Positions 52,501 to 63,330 of a stretch of 64,000 nt of DNA are shown here, one piece after another. Positions within the stretch are counted from its first letter, which is position 1. The number at the start of each line of letters is the position of its first letter. The notes under the pieces were generated by a model. The model made no database searches. It was not told where the DNA came from and worked only from the letters and a program-made list of their open reading frames with translations. Location of the stretch: the NCBI GenBank assembly GCA_013115125.1, contig JABANN010000089.1, positions 1-64,000 of the forward strand, read 5' to 3'. The translations under genes and the position numbers were made by a program. This stretch comes from Perkinsus olseni. Its lineage: Eukaryota.

Positions 52501-55500
52501 AAGAGTTAGAGATACAACTAGGGGCTATGGCTGAGAAGCACAAGGAACGAGAAGGTAGGAGGGGTAATAACGGGAAAGACGCTGCGTCGGAATGGGTCCC
52601 ATTTGTGAGCCCGCTGTGTGTTAGCAGAGCATCGCGCGAAGTTGCTTTGACGTCGTGGGCTGTAGTACCATTCCTGTCCAGATTCGTTGGAATCGATGAT
52701 ACGGGATTTGGAGGCCAAGGTGGACAGCGCGGTAGAGGGCGGCACCTCTCTTGAAAGGGCCGCACGAAAGGACGGCGAGTGAGGAAAGATCGATTGTGAC
52801 TTGGTTGATTATTTGGTGTCCTGTGGAGGTCCTCTCCCGTACCCAGACTAGCACTGAGCTCCAAAGCGTCGGCCCCAGCTGTTTCCCCGCGAAGAAGCAG
52901 GAAGGACAGCGCATCAGTCTTAGCCAGGTGGAGCTGTTAGTCTTCATTAGTGACAGCCCGTGTCTCATTAGGAGCCCTCGGGCACCGGTCAGTCCACCGC
53001 CGAAGGATAGGGGCAGGCATGTAGCACGGAAAGTCCACAGAGCTTCGCTGTCAACTGAGGGTAGGCTAACTGAGGGTGATGCAGTGGTTGCTGCCAAGAT
53101 ACTCCTTACAGGCTCTCATGGTGGTGCCCCGAGCAGTGTACGGCAAAAGGGTGCTATCCTGCTGTTGGAGGGGGATGTAGCGGAGGAGTGCTCTCAACTT
53201 GTGAAGGCATTCGCCAAGCCTTTGGAGGTCATGTATTTGCAGTAAGTTACTCACCGGCGGCGCGAGTGTTCGCTGCCGAGCTCTGATCATGACGATTCCC
53301 CGCTGCTCCCATTCCATTGGCTATTGAGTTACAACACCTCCTACTTCTCCTTCGTCGTTTATGATGGCCATGATAGGTACTGCAACCAGACTGCTGGCCG
53401 TTCGCCGCTCAAGCATCCCCGGCACGGCTCCGATGGGCAGCATAGCCGGCGGCGGGACTCGAAGCATCACGTGAGGCCTAATGGTGAGCTCAGGGTTGAG
53501 GTCTTCCCGGACCCTCAGGATTCATCACCAGTCATACCACTCCTCAACCTCCTCACACTCTTGCGTGACGCCAAGATCATCCCGCACATCACACCTCGGA
53601 GCGTGGCTGGTAGGATGTCCTCATTTGGACACTATGTCCCCTACAACTAGTTCGCCCTCAGAGGAGTTCATATCGAGTATGGAACATCCCATACGGTTGC
53701 CGCAGACGATAGAGCTCATCGCCCAATGCGCCTTCTTCGGGATGGATCAGCAGGAGTGCAGGGCATGGTCCCAATGGGTAGTAGCCTCCGTCCTCCTCGC
53801 TGCTGTGAAGCGTCGGCTTTCAAGGGAGTCCTTGTCCCTCTGCCGGAGCATCAGCAGTCGCGCCAGTTGCAAAGCATGCTGCAACATCTGATGAATCTGG
53901 CGACCCTTCCTAGAGGGGCCAAAGGGGTCAGCGATAAGATCAGTATGAGTATCGATGAGTGGAACTCGGCGGTAGGCTGCCCGTGTATGAGTATGTCTTG
54001 GTATTTCGTTGGTGTAGGTCCGGAAATTAGTCCGTCGATACGTACGGTCGGTCATTGACTCTTTCGATCCCTCCACCGGAGCTCTCCACGGTACGGCCGA
54101 AGTGGCTTTCTTGGTGGGACTCGGTTGTCCGTTAGATGGCTCGCTCATCCCACCGGGCTTTGCTCTGTCTTCCGATGGCACCTCCCTCTATGTAGCGGAC
54201 AAGTCCTGGAGCCGGGAGGGCAGGACGGCCAAGCAAGCACGGCAGCAGCAGGCGTCGTCGAGGCCGGTACGATAACTTCTACTTTATTCTCTGTTCAAAT
54301 ATAGACTTCATTGCCAGGTGCATACTGAGCTGTTGTACAACGTAAACGCCACTGGCTCCTCCGACGCCAGTCTGGACTCGTCTCCGAGGGACCGGCGGTC
54401 CTCAGCTGGCAGTGCAGCGAAGCGGCATTCCGGAAGGCTCCGGTGAGGCCCGTGAACTGCGGATGGATGATCCTTTCTCTGACGACTACGTCTGATATTC
54501 TTATTTGCGGACGGTGGTCGAATCGGTTTGACAGCGAGTGCGGTGGAGGCGTGTCGCATGCTGCAGGTCGGGGAGCATGTTGAATCATGCCGGTGGGCTA
54601 GCCGGGCCGTCACTTACACCGCCAGAGGAAGCCGAAAAGTTCCTGCTCGGCCATGATCGAGCACAGAAGATTCTCAGGGAAGGGTGGCTAAACAAATCTG
54701 CGCACGCAATACACAAGTATGGTCTCCGCATCGAAGGCTCTTCCCACCGCCCTCCTCCGCAGGCACTTCCTCCAAACGCAGTCCGGTGGTGTGGACGCTT
54801 CGGCAGGGCTACGGCTCCCGGCCTTCACCAAATGTCTTACCGGTTTCCTCAAACTCCTGCCCGATGTCAGCAGTGCGAAGCTGCTCTTCCGTCGCGTGGC
54901 CGGGGCCGGATCCCAGGACGTAGACGTTGGAGGCCTTGGGCGAGCGGTCCTAGCCTCGGCCAGTGTTACGCCGTACACTCAGGCAGCCATCAAGGAATGG
55001 CCGTCGGCTCCTCAGGTAACTGCTGCGCCTGCTTCTACTCTGAATGGCTATACTCGTCTTTTCAGCTCATGGCTGAGCACCCTGACATGCTATTGGATGT
55101 GGCGGTGCAATCTCTCTACCAGCGGGACTTAAAGGACTTACAAGCCTTGAGATTGAGGCTACATCACTTTAGTGCTGGTTCTCTGCCTCAACAGACACCG
55201 GAGCAGATCAGGTGCGTCCCAGGGTGGCAACTGCGTGGGGGTGGTGAGCTTGCGGGCAGGCGAGACTTGGCTGAGCTCCAAGCAGTGGTCATCCGTTCGG
55301 GAGCGGTGCAAGTGAGCATCCCAACCGAGGAGCGCCACGCTCCAGTCGAGACAGCTGCGGAGGATATAGACCCTGCGAAGCCTTCTACCCCTCCACCGGA
55401 AGGACCCGAGGTCGCCGATGCAGCTGCGGCGGAGGAGGAGACTCTTGAGGAGCTCCGACCAAGGGCAGGGAGCGATGCCGTGGACGGCGTCCAAATCAAT

Positions 55501-56045
55501 GATACCCCGGCCCCAATTGAGAGGTGGTCATCTTCTTCAATCGGGCGCTCGAAACACGCAAGTGTGGCTCTTGTCAGTCACCCAGCCGAAAATCAGCCGG
55601 CGCCGGTGGCACCTGATCAGTCAGAGCTCCAGGAGCCCTCGGCCGTGGGGTCTGCAGAAGACGGAGATGAGACGGAAGTCAATAGGTGAGCCATGATACT
55701 GCGATATTCTCTTCATCGAATGTGGTCAGTCCTGATTCCCTGAATCAACAGCATCGAGACGGAGAAGATAGACCAGGGCTGTCCGAGTAGGTCCTGTGGC
55801 TCCCGCTACAGTTTTGCTTCCAGCCCTGCTCCTTTCCTACACTTGTTGCCGCCACCTTAGATCCTGTCAGTAGCCAGTGGCTCGAAGTTGAGTATTTCAG
55901 GCCCGCCGACGCAGTAGAGGAGCCCTCGGCTGCCGGGGGAGAGGTAGCAGATGAATCCGCCGGAGGCAACGAAGAGACTGCGGATGTCGCGGTTGAGAAT
56001 GATGACGACAACGGCGGAGTCGTAGCTGAAAACCCGTCTCCGTAA
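49551..56045 (+). CDS. Large hypothetical multi-exon gene (possibly more than one gene)
   Basis: Consecutive + ORFs (49464-50006, 50400-51848, 51912-52754, 52751-53245, 54538-55689) with GT-AG junctions. Helical middle region, NHL-like ALSSDGTSLYVAD segment and an acidic tail ending at TAA 56045. Confidence 0.5.
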
Positions 56046-56468
56046 GCCATTCCCGGTACTCACTGTATCGGCGGTATCAGTCTCTGTGAAGATTTTGCCG
56101 CGGTTCATTTCAGGGAAACGGATCCCGTTCAAGGAACATAATTAAATGATAATTAGTGAGACTCTGGAGATATGAGGTTCTGGTATTCAGCATTCAGGTA
56201 CTTTACCAGAGAAACATCGTACTATTGTTCTGCCATGATCATGCCATCACCATTATAATCGTTGTCAATACAAGAAGTGTCGTGTTATTCGAGTTTGGTA
56301 CCGAAAGGGCCAATGAAAGACTAACTACTTATGAACCTGTAGAACCACAACCCGTTTGAGCCCAGCATCGCGAGCCTTGAGAAAGCAACCCGAAACCCGA
56401 ACGAGCAGACTTTAGGCAATTGAGAGCTAGTGAAAGAAAGACTGTGTGTAGGATTTTGCCACTAACAG

Positions 56469-56553
56469 TCAGATTGGCTTGAGTGTACTATTATTATCAT
56501 ACACTTATAGATGCTTGCCTGTCTCGATGAGGGAGCGGGTTCATCATTACAGC
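56469..56553 (-). ncRNA. Candidate box C/D snoRNA
   Basis: C box ATGATGA (56547-56541) and D box CTGA (56472-56469), about 80 nt apart, directly after a U17 copy. The target was not identified. Confidence 0.55.
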
Positions 56554-56561
56554 TTTCGAAG

Positions 56562-56614
56562 GGATGTTGCCGGTATGGTTTGTCTCGCAGCTAATGGCCA
56601 CATAGTAGCTACTG
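56562..56614 (-). ncRNA. U17/snR30-like snoRNA, 3' part (truncated by gap)
   Basis: m2 AAACCAT plus ACA box, identical to the 3' end of the 56834-57028 copy. Confidence 0.6.
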
Positions 56615-56710
56615 NNNNNNNNNNNNNNNNNNNNNNNNNNNNNNNNNNNNNNNNNNNNNNNNNNNNNNNNNNNNNNNNNNNNNNNNNNNNNNNNNNNNNN
56701 NNNNNNNNNN
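56615..56710. other. Assembly gap (N run)
   Basis: Run of N. Confidence 1.
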
Positions 56711-56739
56711 TATCATCACTGCAATAAAGAACAGTATTT

Positions 56740-56825
56740 GCTGTATCAGAGAGAGGAACACTTGTTTCTGCTTTTATCCCCACGGAGAATCGGACTGGGG
56801 CGGCAGATAGGATCATCATTACAGC
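56740..56825 (-). ncRNA. Box C/D snoRNA, SNORD31(U31)/snR67-like
   Basis: Terminal stem GCTGTA/TACAGC, C box ATGATGA, guide TGCCGCCCCAGT with D' CCGA (antisense to LSU rRNA CUGGGGCGGCA), and D box CTGA. Confidence 0.85.
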
Positions 56826-56833
56826 TTTCGAAG

Positions 56834-57028
56834 GGATGTTGCCGGTATGGTTTGTCTCGCAGCTAATGGCCACATAGTAGCTACTGCAAGTCTAGGAATA
56901 TATCGGCACAGCATTAGGAGCGCAGAGGCACTCAACTAACGCATTTTGTCTCGGATGAAATCGTTGGCGACTATACACCACGTGAAGATGCTCGCATAGA
57001 CGATTACACATGAGTAGTTAGAGGCTAC
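56834..57028 (-). ncRNA. U17/snR30-like box H/ACA snoRNA (downstream copy)
   Basis: H box AGACAA, m1 ATATTCCTA (56901-56893), m2 AAACCAT (56853-56847), basal stem TGCCG/CGGCA and ACA box at 56839-56837. Confidence 0.85.
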
Positions 57029-57313
57029 TCATGTACTCATCCAAGATACATTGCCATTTCGGTGCGTTACAATCACCGGTACCCCACAAGAAGAGGCACA
57101 AGCGCGAACACGCAACAGTAGCTGTTTGCACACGAACAGGTCGACAACACTATGGAAGAAGAGCAGTCGAGGGAGAGTGTGCAGAGCCTAGCCCACTGGC
57201 AACGCAACAGCTATCGGATAACCCTTATCAAGGCGCAGAAAGCAACCCCTTGGCAACCACACGAAACCGATTCGGCAAGTGGGAGTTTCAACAGGTCATC
57301 CACAGAGTGCACC

Positions 57314-58566
57314 TTAATCGAAGAGATCGAAGTCCATCTCCTCCTCTTCCTCTTCCTCCTCCTCGGCGGGAGCGGCGGCAGCCTCAGCCTTGGCCTCACC
57401 AGCAGCAGCGCCGGCAGCGGGGGCAGCAGAGGCGAACTTGGAAGGATCCTTGAGGAATTCCTGAAAAGAAATCAGTCACAGCGATTATACCAAGCGACAG
57501 TTTATCTCAATAAAAAATTATTGCCAATATGGTTTTTCTCTCAGCTAATGGCCACGTAGTAGCTACTGAACGACTAGGAATATATCGGCACAGCATTAGG
57601 AGGGCCAAGGCACTCGACTAACGCATTTTGTGTCGGAGAGGACCGTTGGCGACTATACACCACTGGAAGGTGCTCGCATAGACAGTTACTGCGAGCATGG
57701 TTAGAGGCCACACCGCAATCCCTCCGATCGACGAATAAGCAAAAATCCACCCGTGTTACCTTAAGCTCCTCAACCTCAGGGAAGGTGAAGTCGATATCGG
57801 CGCACAAGGCAGCGATGTTCTTGAAGGCGTTGTTGATGGCATAGGGCAAGGTAGCCTCGTTGGGAATACCAGCCTCACGAGAGAAGGCAGCCAAGTAGGT
57901 GACACCGTGCATGAACTTAGCAACGAGATCATCATCACTGATATCCAAAGCAGCGGCGTCGTAGACCTCGCCGTTGTCATAGATAGCCTCAAGCTCAACA
58001 CCGTACTCGAAGGGACGGATGTCCAACTTCATGAGAAGAGCCTGCTGAGAGGCAGTGACCTTCTCGCCCTTGGTGACAAGAGCGACATCGTTGGAGATTT
58101 CGATGGAACCCTTGACAATCTTGGTGGCGATGTTCAAGGCCTGGAAGAAGTTGGTCTGAGAGGGGTCCAAAGGAGTAGGACCAGCGGGGATGTTGACATC
58201 ACACTGAGCGACCATACCGGCCTTGGCCATAGCGGGAACCTTATGCTCAGAGATGAGCTCACGGATCTCATCAATAGGGGCCATGCAGAAGATGAATCCA
58301 ATGTTACCCTTGACAACGCTCAAGAGACGGGAGAGATCGACGTCGAGCTCCTCCTCATACTGCCTGAGGGCGGTACGGAGCATGGTGTTCTTGCCCATAA
58401 CGATGACGGCCTTGCCGCGGAGAGCAATACGGATCTGCTGCAACTGGTTGGATCCGACATGGTCGACGGAGGCGATGAGGATCTTCTCACAGTTGGCGAC
58501 GAGGTCCTTGACCCTATCGAGGTAGGCGGTCTTCTTAGCAAGCTTCTGGGGATCGCGAGGTGCCAT
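57314..58566 (-). CDS. RPLP0: 60S acidic ribosomal protein P0 (uL10); exons 58566-57760 and 57460-57314
   Basis: Motifs HVGSNQLQQIRIALRGKA, MGKNTM and FFQALNIATKI, plus the spliced acidic tail AEEEEEEEEMDFDLFD. GT-AG intron at 57759-57461. Confidence 0.97.
57516..57712 (-). ncRNA. U17/snR30-like box H/ACA snoRNA (intronic in RPLP0)
   Basis: H box ACACAA, m1 ATATTCCTA (57583-57575), m2 AAACCAT (57535-57529), basal stem TGCCGATAT/ATATTGGCA and a terminal AUA variant box. Confidence 0.85.
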
Positions 58567-58797
58567 GATGTGTGGGGACTGCGAGCTAACGGCTCTACAA
58601 TCAGTTTAACCACTGAGGGGGTGTGGTGAGTTGCCACAGGACCGCGCATGGAGGAAATCGATCACCTGATCGATTATCGCACACAGCGAGGCTGAGCAGC
58701 AGCGCATCTTCTCCGCACCGTAGAGAGCCCCTGAGCAACGTGAAAGTCCGTGCTTTACTCAACGAAAGAAGTAAGCAGGTACTTTGTAAGTCTCATA

Positions 58798-61700
58798 ATG
58801 AGTGAGTTTGAGGCATACGCTGCGGCAACAATCTCTCCAATGCTGAGCCGAGCGCTTGCCGATCTCTATCAGCAGCGCGGTGACTCGGTTGAGCCCGTGG
58901 AATATCGTACTGACTGGCTCAAACTCTGGGCAGCTGCACAGGGTAGTGTAGGGGGTGGTCATCGGGTGCACCACCTTCGTGTTCAACCTTTGCGTGCCTT
59001 CAGTCGCCGAGCGTAGTCGAGGGGAGAAGGCTCGAAAGCAATCGGAATACACAGAGAAAGTTAAGGCCGATGTAACGCCGCTTGGCTCTTTTGGAACAGT
59101 CACAGCTTCATTATGGTGAATCAGTTTCGTGAGAAACAAGCAAAACATGCGGAGGAGGAAGAAAGAGCCTCGAGGCCATTTAAGATGCTTAACGAAGTCG
59201 TACGAACAGTTGCCGAGGTCGACTATCCCAAAGGTGATGCGTCATGGTGTTCTTTTGTCGGGCATGACAGACCTCTTTGCGCCACTGGTGGGTATTCGCA
59301 TAGATGGTATCTAGGTTTCAGGCTAGCTGTTGAAACGCAGATGCATAATCGGTGGCGATTCTCGTCTTGCTGTAAAGATGTGAAGTGGTCGTAAACGACG
59401 CGTTATGCCGCTGGGCGGACATGAAACTACTGTTAAATGAGAATGACCTCACGCGCTCGGGACACGCCTTGTCATTTCCCGGAACATCTTGTAGACGTGG
59501 AACGTTTAAGTTGGCAGTCGGAAGCGAGCAATACTTGTTAGATTGTAAATACTGCCAGCGTTTCCCGAGCCCAGCCGTGTGGCAAGAGCTGACGGACACT
59601 GTACGAGGGGCCGTTGCAGGATGCAGCGGATGCTACGTTGGAGAGGTTGTCACCGATGGGGAAGGAAGCAAGCATTTACGGTAGGCCACCGCTCGATACT
59701 GCGATAGCCGTGCGAGTCCGGTGTCTGACTCACCCGGCTATAAGGTATATTGCAAATTCTGGCGTCGCCCCTGGGAAGGCTAGGTTGGAGGAAGGTGAAG
59801 GAGTCGTATGGAAAGAAGTAGGGTTATGGAACATCTCCTTGTAGAGTACGGTCATGTAGGTGTTCGAGCAACAAGAGGAGGAAGAGGGGGAAGGGGAATC
59901 GTCTAAGTCGAGGCAACTGTGAGTTGTCCTATGCGTCCAGTGGTCACGTCTAGTCTTGCAAGCTGCAACCTCATTAGCCTACTAGAGTGCGGCTTGAATT
60001 TTCACGGGCCTTGCCCTCGATGCGGTCTCCCTAATGGTCCATCGCCACAGCGAGGATTCCGCTAGCTGGGTGTAGAGAGGCCTGCTCAGGTATCTTCCGA
60101 ACGTCATGGACGTGGCTGAAGTGAAGTACTTTGACTACACCAAGCCCGGTTCCTTTCTAGCTATACCGATATGGTAGAGCAGCCCCGTGGCGAGAGCCCT
60201 CGGGCGAACGATGCCCTCGTTCTCATCAGCTACTCCAGCGTTCTGAACAAGGAAGGTCTGGAAGCTACCGTTGCGGACATGAAGGAACGCCAAGCACAGT
60301 TTGTGGAGGAGATGGCTGCGTGAGTGGCCGTGGATGAATGCTGGTGGGGGAGGCCTGCCTTAGGTATGGAGAGGCCAAGACTCAGTACGATCAGGCAGTG
60401 GCCGAGCTACAGGAGGGCGATGAGGTGACCTCCATTATACGGCATGCGTTCTTTACGAATATGCGTGGCTCGGTTCACTGAGGCATGTGAGATATGGCTC
60501 CTTCATAGGCCCCCGAAGAGCCGGTCGAGCCGGTAATTAGGGATCTTAACTCACTTGAAGGAGTAACTAGGCAGCTGGTTTTGTGCGTCGATACCCTTGG
60601 GGGAGAGGGTGGATTGTTAGAGATCTGCCAACAACACAGGGACAAGGTAATAGATGGCAGTGGCTGCGAAATGGTCGTGGAGTCGATTGATGCAGTTGGA
60701 TGAGCTCTGCCGTCACCTTGGGGAGGCCATGGCTGACACAGAACTACAAGCCGTCAGAGAACAGGCGGAGTATAGTGTAAGCGTGGCGTGTGCGAAGGGG
60801 ATTGCAGATCGCCGTGTTAGACATCGGAAGCTGGTGAGGGCAATCGTACGGCCCTAATGGCTAAGTACACGGAGGCCACTACCGGAGAGGCACTACAGAG
60901 GATGGAGAAGCAAGTAGCTGAGGATATCGAGGCACTCGGGGAAGGTTCGTGGTGATGCTTCCGCGATGGGAGTGGACATCATTGTCTTAGATGTGAGTGA
61001 TGATAATAAGGAAGTCATCCGTCTAACACGTAAACTTAATACACTGCGGTAGCCTGCTGAGGGTCCACAATTGAGCGGTAGTCAGGGTAGCTGGTGTAGG
61101 TCTGCGTTGGAGGGTTCTGTGAAGACGGAACTACTGGTTGATTTGAGCTCTCGAAAGTTGCCAGAGGAAGCGTTGGCGACACTCATGAAGGTTTCCCTTG
61201 CTGACATCACTCCTGTTTGGAGTAGCATCTCCTAGGTGGTGCTCCTCTTCCTTACTGAGCACGATCCGTCTTCCTTTGCTGAAGACACCCCGGTCCAGTG
61301 GTCTCAGCTGGTGACTGCCTTTCACTCTGAAGAGGTTTGGAATAAGGTAGGTAGGGTGCTTACGATTGCCTTCAGCGTGGTGGTGGGCAGATGATGGCTG
61401 CGGATTTGAGACGCCCCAGGCCGGGTGTCCCAGCTGGGCACACCTTAGCGATGGCGAAGGCTCTGATTGAGGAGGCAACTCAAACAGGAGGGTTGAAGGG
61501 CGAGGGTAGGCTGTTAATGGGAGGTGGTGACCGGACTGTGTATGGTCTCTTAGATGGTAGTGATGAGGAAGGGGTGGCTCAGGAGCATCCAGTGGATATC
61601 ATCCTGCTGGGGTTATTGGAGGCAGCAGTGCAGCTAAGAGAGAAGGTGATGGCGATGCTACGGAGTGCTCCGGGAGGTTGCCACTCCTCCGCTCCGCCTA

Positions 61701-62134
61701 CCTTGAGTAAATTCCTTCTCGTATGGTACTCATGCTGCTCTAGGATGTATATGTGCGGTGGATGGACTGTGACCTGCACAAGAGAGTATTCGAGCCGCCG
61801 CCGCCGCCGGGAGTAGCGCAGGAAGGTGAGGAGGGGGCAGAGGGGGGCGGAGAAGCAACAGGAGCTGCCGGAGATGATGATGACGAAGTGGAGGAGGAGG
61901 AAGAAGGTACCATCGACTGACCCTTGGTAGTTGGTCGAAGCCTCCTCTCCAGCTCAACCCGTAGAGGGCGAGAAGCCAGTGGAAGCCTCGGCTCTCATCG
62001 TGACTGTTGCACCTAGCGAGGCGGCTGCTATCGATGCTGACTTTGTGCCGCTACTGGAGCTTGACCTAGCAAAGGTAGCCGAGGAGAGAGAGGCAGCCGG
62101 GGCTGCTGCTGCTGTGACTGAGGAAGGGGCATGA
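58798..62134 (+). CDS. Probable flagellar protein with an N-terminal Dpy-30/RIIa-like motif and a GAF-like region (multi-exon)
   Basis: N-terminus YAAATISPMLSRALADLYQQR..EPVEY..DWL, segments GCYVGEV, VKYFDYTKPGSFLAIP and LVLCVDTLG, and an acidic tail. The family call comes from motif resemblance only. Confidence 0.55.
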
Positions 62135-62367
62135 TAGACGTGGAACGAGCTAGATGTTGTGATAGTAGTGTTGTTGTGTTATTAGTCAAGGCGGCCAGGG
62201 ATATCGATGTGGATCATCGCATGCGTGCTAAGAGTTGCTTACTGTTCTGTCTGCGGGGATCCTGGGGGCGCCTTCTAGCTCTCATGCGTAACTCTGGTTG
62301 GTAGTCCCTTCCATTGCTGTGCGTAAGCAGTCCTATGGCCCGGAGAGTCCGTCGACCCCTCCTGGTG

Positions 62368-62756
62368 ATGGCACTCGCAGTGATGGCTATGTGCTCCATT
62401 TGCAGCCTATTTCTCACGCCTCGGTCACCATCCACGGCCGGGGCAGTCCCGAGCTTGCGGGCTTCCAGGGCGATTTACGGCGACGAGAGCATAGGGTAGG
62501 GCGTGCGCGGTTCAGTGATGATGATTTCCATCTGCTGATGTTTAGTCCGCGGAAACCGGAAGGGCCATCATTGGTGTCACGTATCATGCGTGGTGGAGCA
62601 GTAGCGTCGATGCTGGCTCTAGGCTCTGTTTTGGGATACACTCTACGGAGAACCCTCCCGGGGTTGCTCGAGAAGGCATCGCAGACAATTCGTGCATTGT
62701 CCCGAGGTAAACCAGGGATCCTCGCTTCCGCTGAGAACGAACCCACTTGGAATTGA
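62368..62756 (+). CDS. Small hypothetical membrane protein
   Basis: Signal-like MALAVMAMCSICSLFL and TM-like GGAVASMLALGSVLGY joined by a GT-AG intron. Confidence 0.4.
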
Positions 62757-63330
62757 CATGCTTGGAACCTAGAGATAGTTTTCGAGTTAGGGGAGTCCTC
62801 GCTCATCGGAGAAAGGGACACTCGAACAGGCCCCTCGTGGGCCAGGGGCTCAACTGGGCTAGGGATTCCCACTCTGCAATTTTCATCATCATGGCAGATA
62901 CTCCAAGGGAGATGCCACCGGTAGTGGTGTACCCGCCCAACACTGTGTTCTGGTACAAGAGCCCTGATCTTAGCGCCAAACTCGACATACCGGCTACGAT
63001 ACCGCTTACTGACACCCTCACAGAGGCCGCCGTCCGGACAAGGCTCTGGAGACAGGTAATCAACACCCCAATACTATAACATCTTTAGCCCTCCCTGCTC
63101 TCTCAGATATCAAACACGGAGTCGTGGAGGGATAGCCTTCCTTCGTTAGGAGCAGTGATGCAGCTTGGTTCAACTCTGTTGCCGCTGTGGTCGTCACGTA
63201 GCGGCTCCAACGGTTAACCTATTTTCTCTACTCGGAGCTTCACCATTGTGTTCAGTGTGAATTAATTCCATCGTTTTGTCTGTATATCTCAGGATGCGCT
63301 ACCGCGGTTTTCAGGCCTACGTCCATCTAA

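Noticed and set aside
56187-56250. Additional C/D snoRNA
   Set aside because: The C box is degenerate (GTGATGG or ATGATCA) and there is no clear target, so it is mentioned only as part of the cluster.
56387-56401. AACCCGAAACCCGAA as a telomerase RNA template for a TTTCGGG-type repeat
   Set aside because: It lies antisense to the surrounding ncRNA cluster, and its G-U-containing stem favours the - strand. I see no pseudoknot or promoter on +, and I cannot verify the telomere repeat. Worth a quick check only if telomeres prove to be TTTCGGG.
57574-57759. C-terminal extension of the RPLP0 ORF in the track
   Set aside because: Read-through into the intron. The true acidic tail is in exon 57460-57314.
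57907-58629. 240-aa + strand ORF, and similar antisense ORFs over SDHA, SKI2 and the CEP164-like gene
   Set aside because: Antisense shadows of codon-biased genes.
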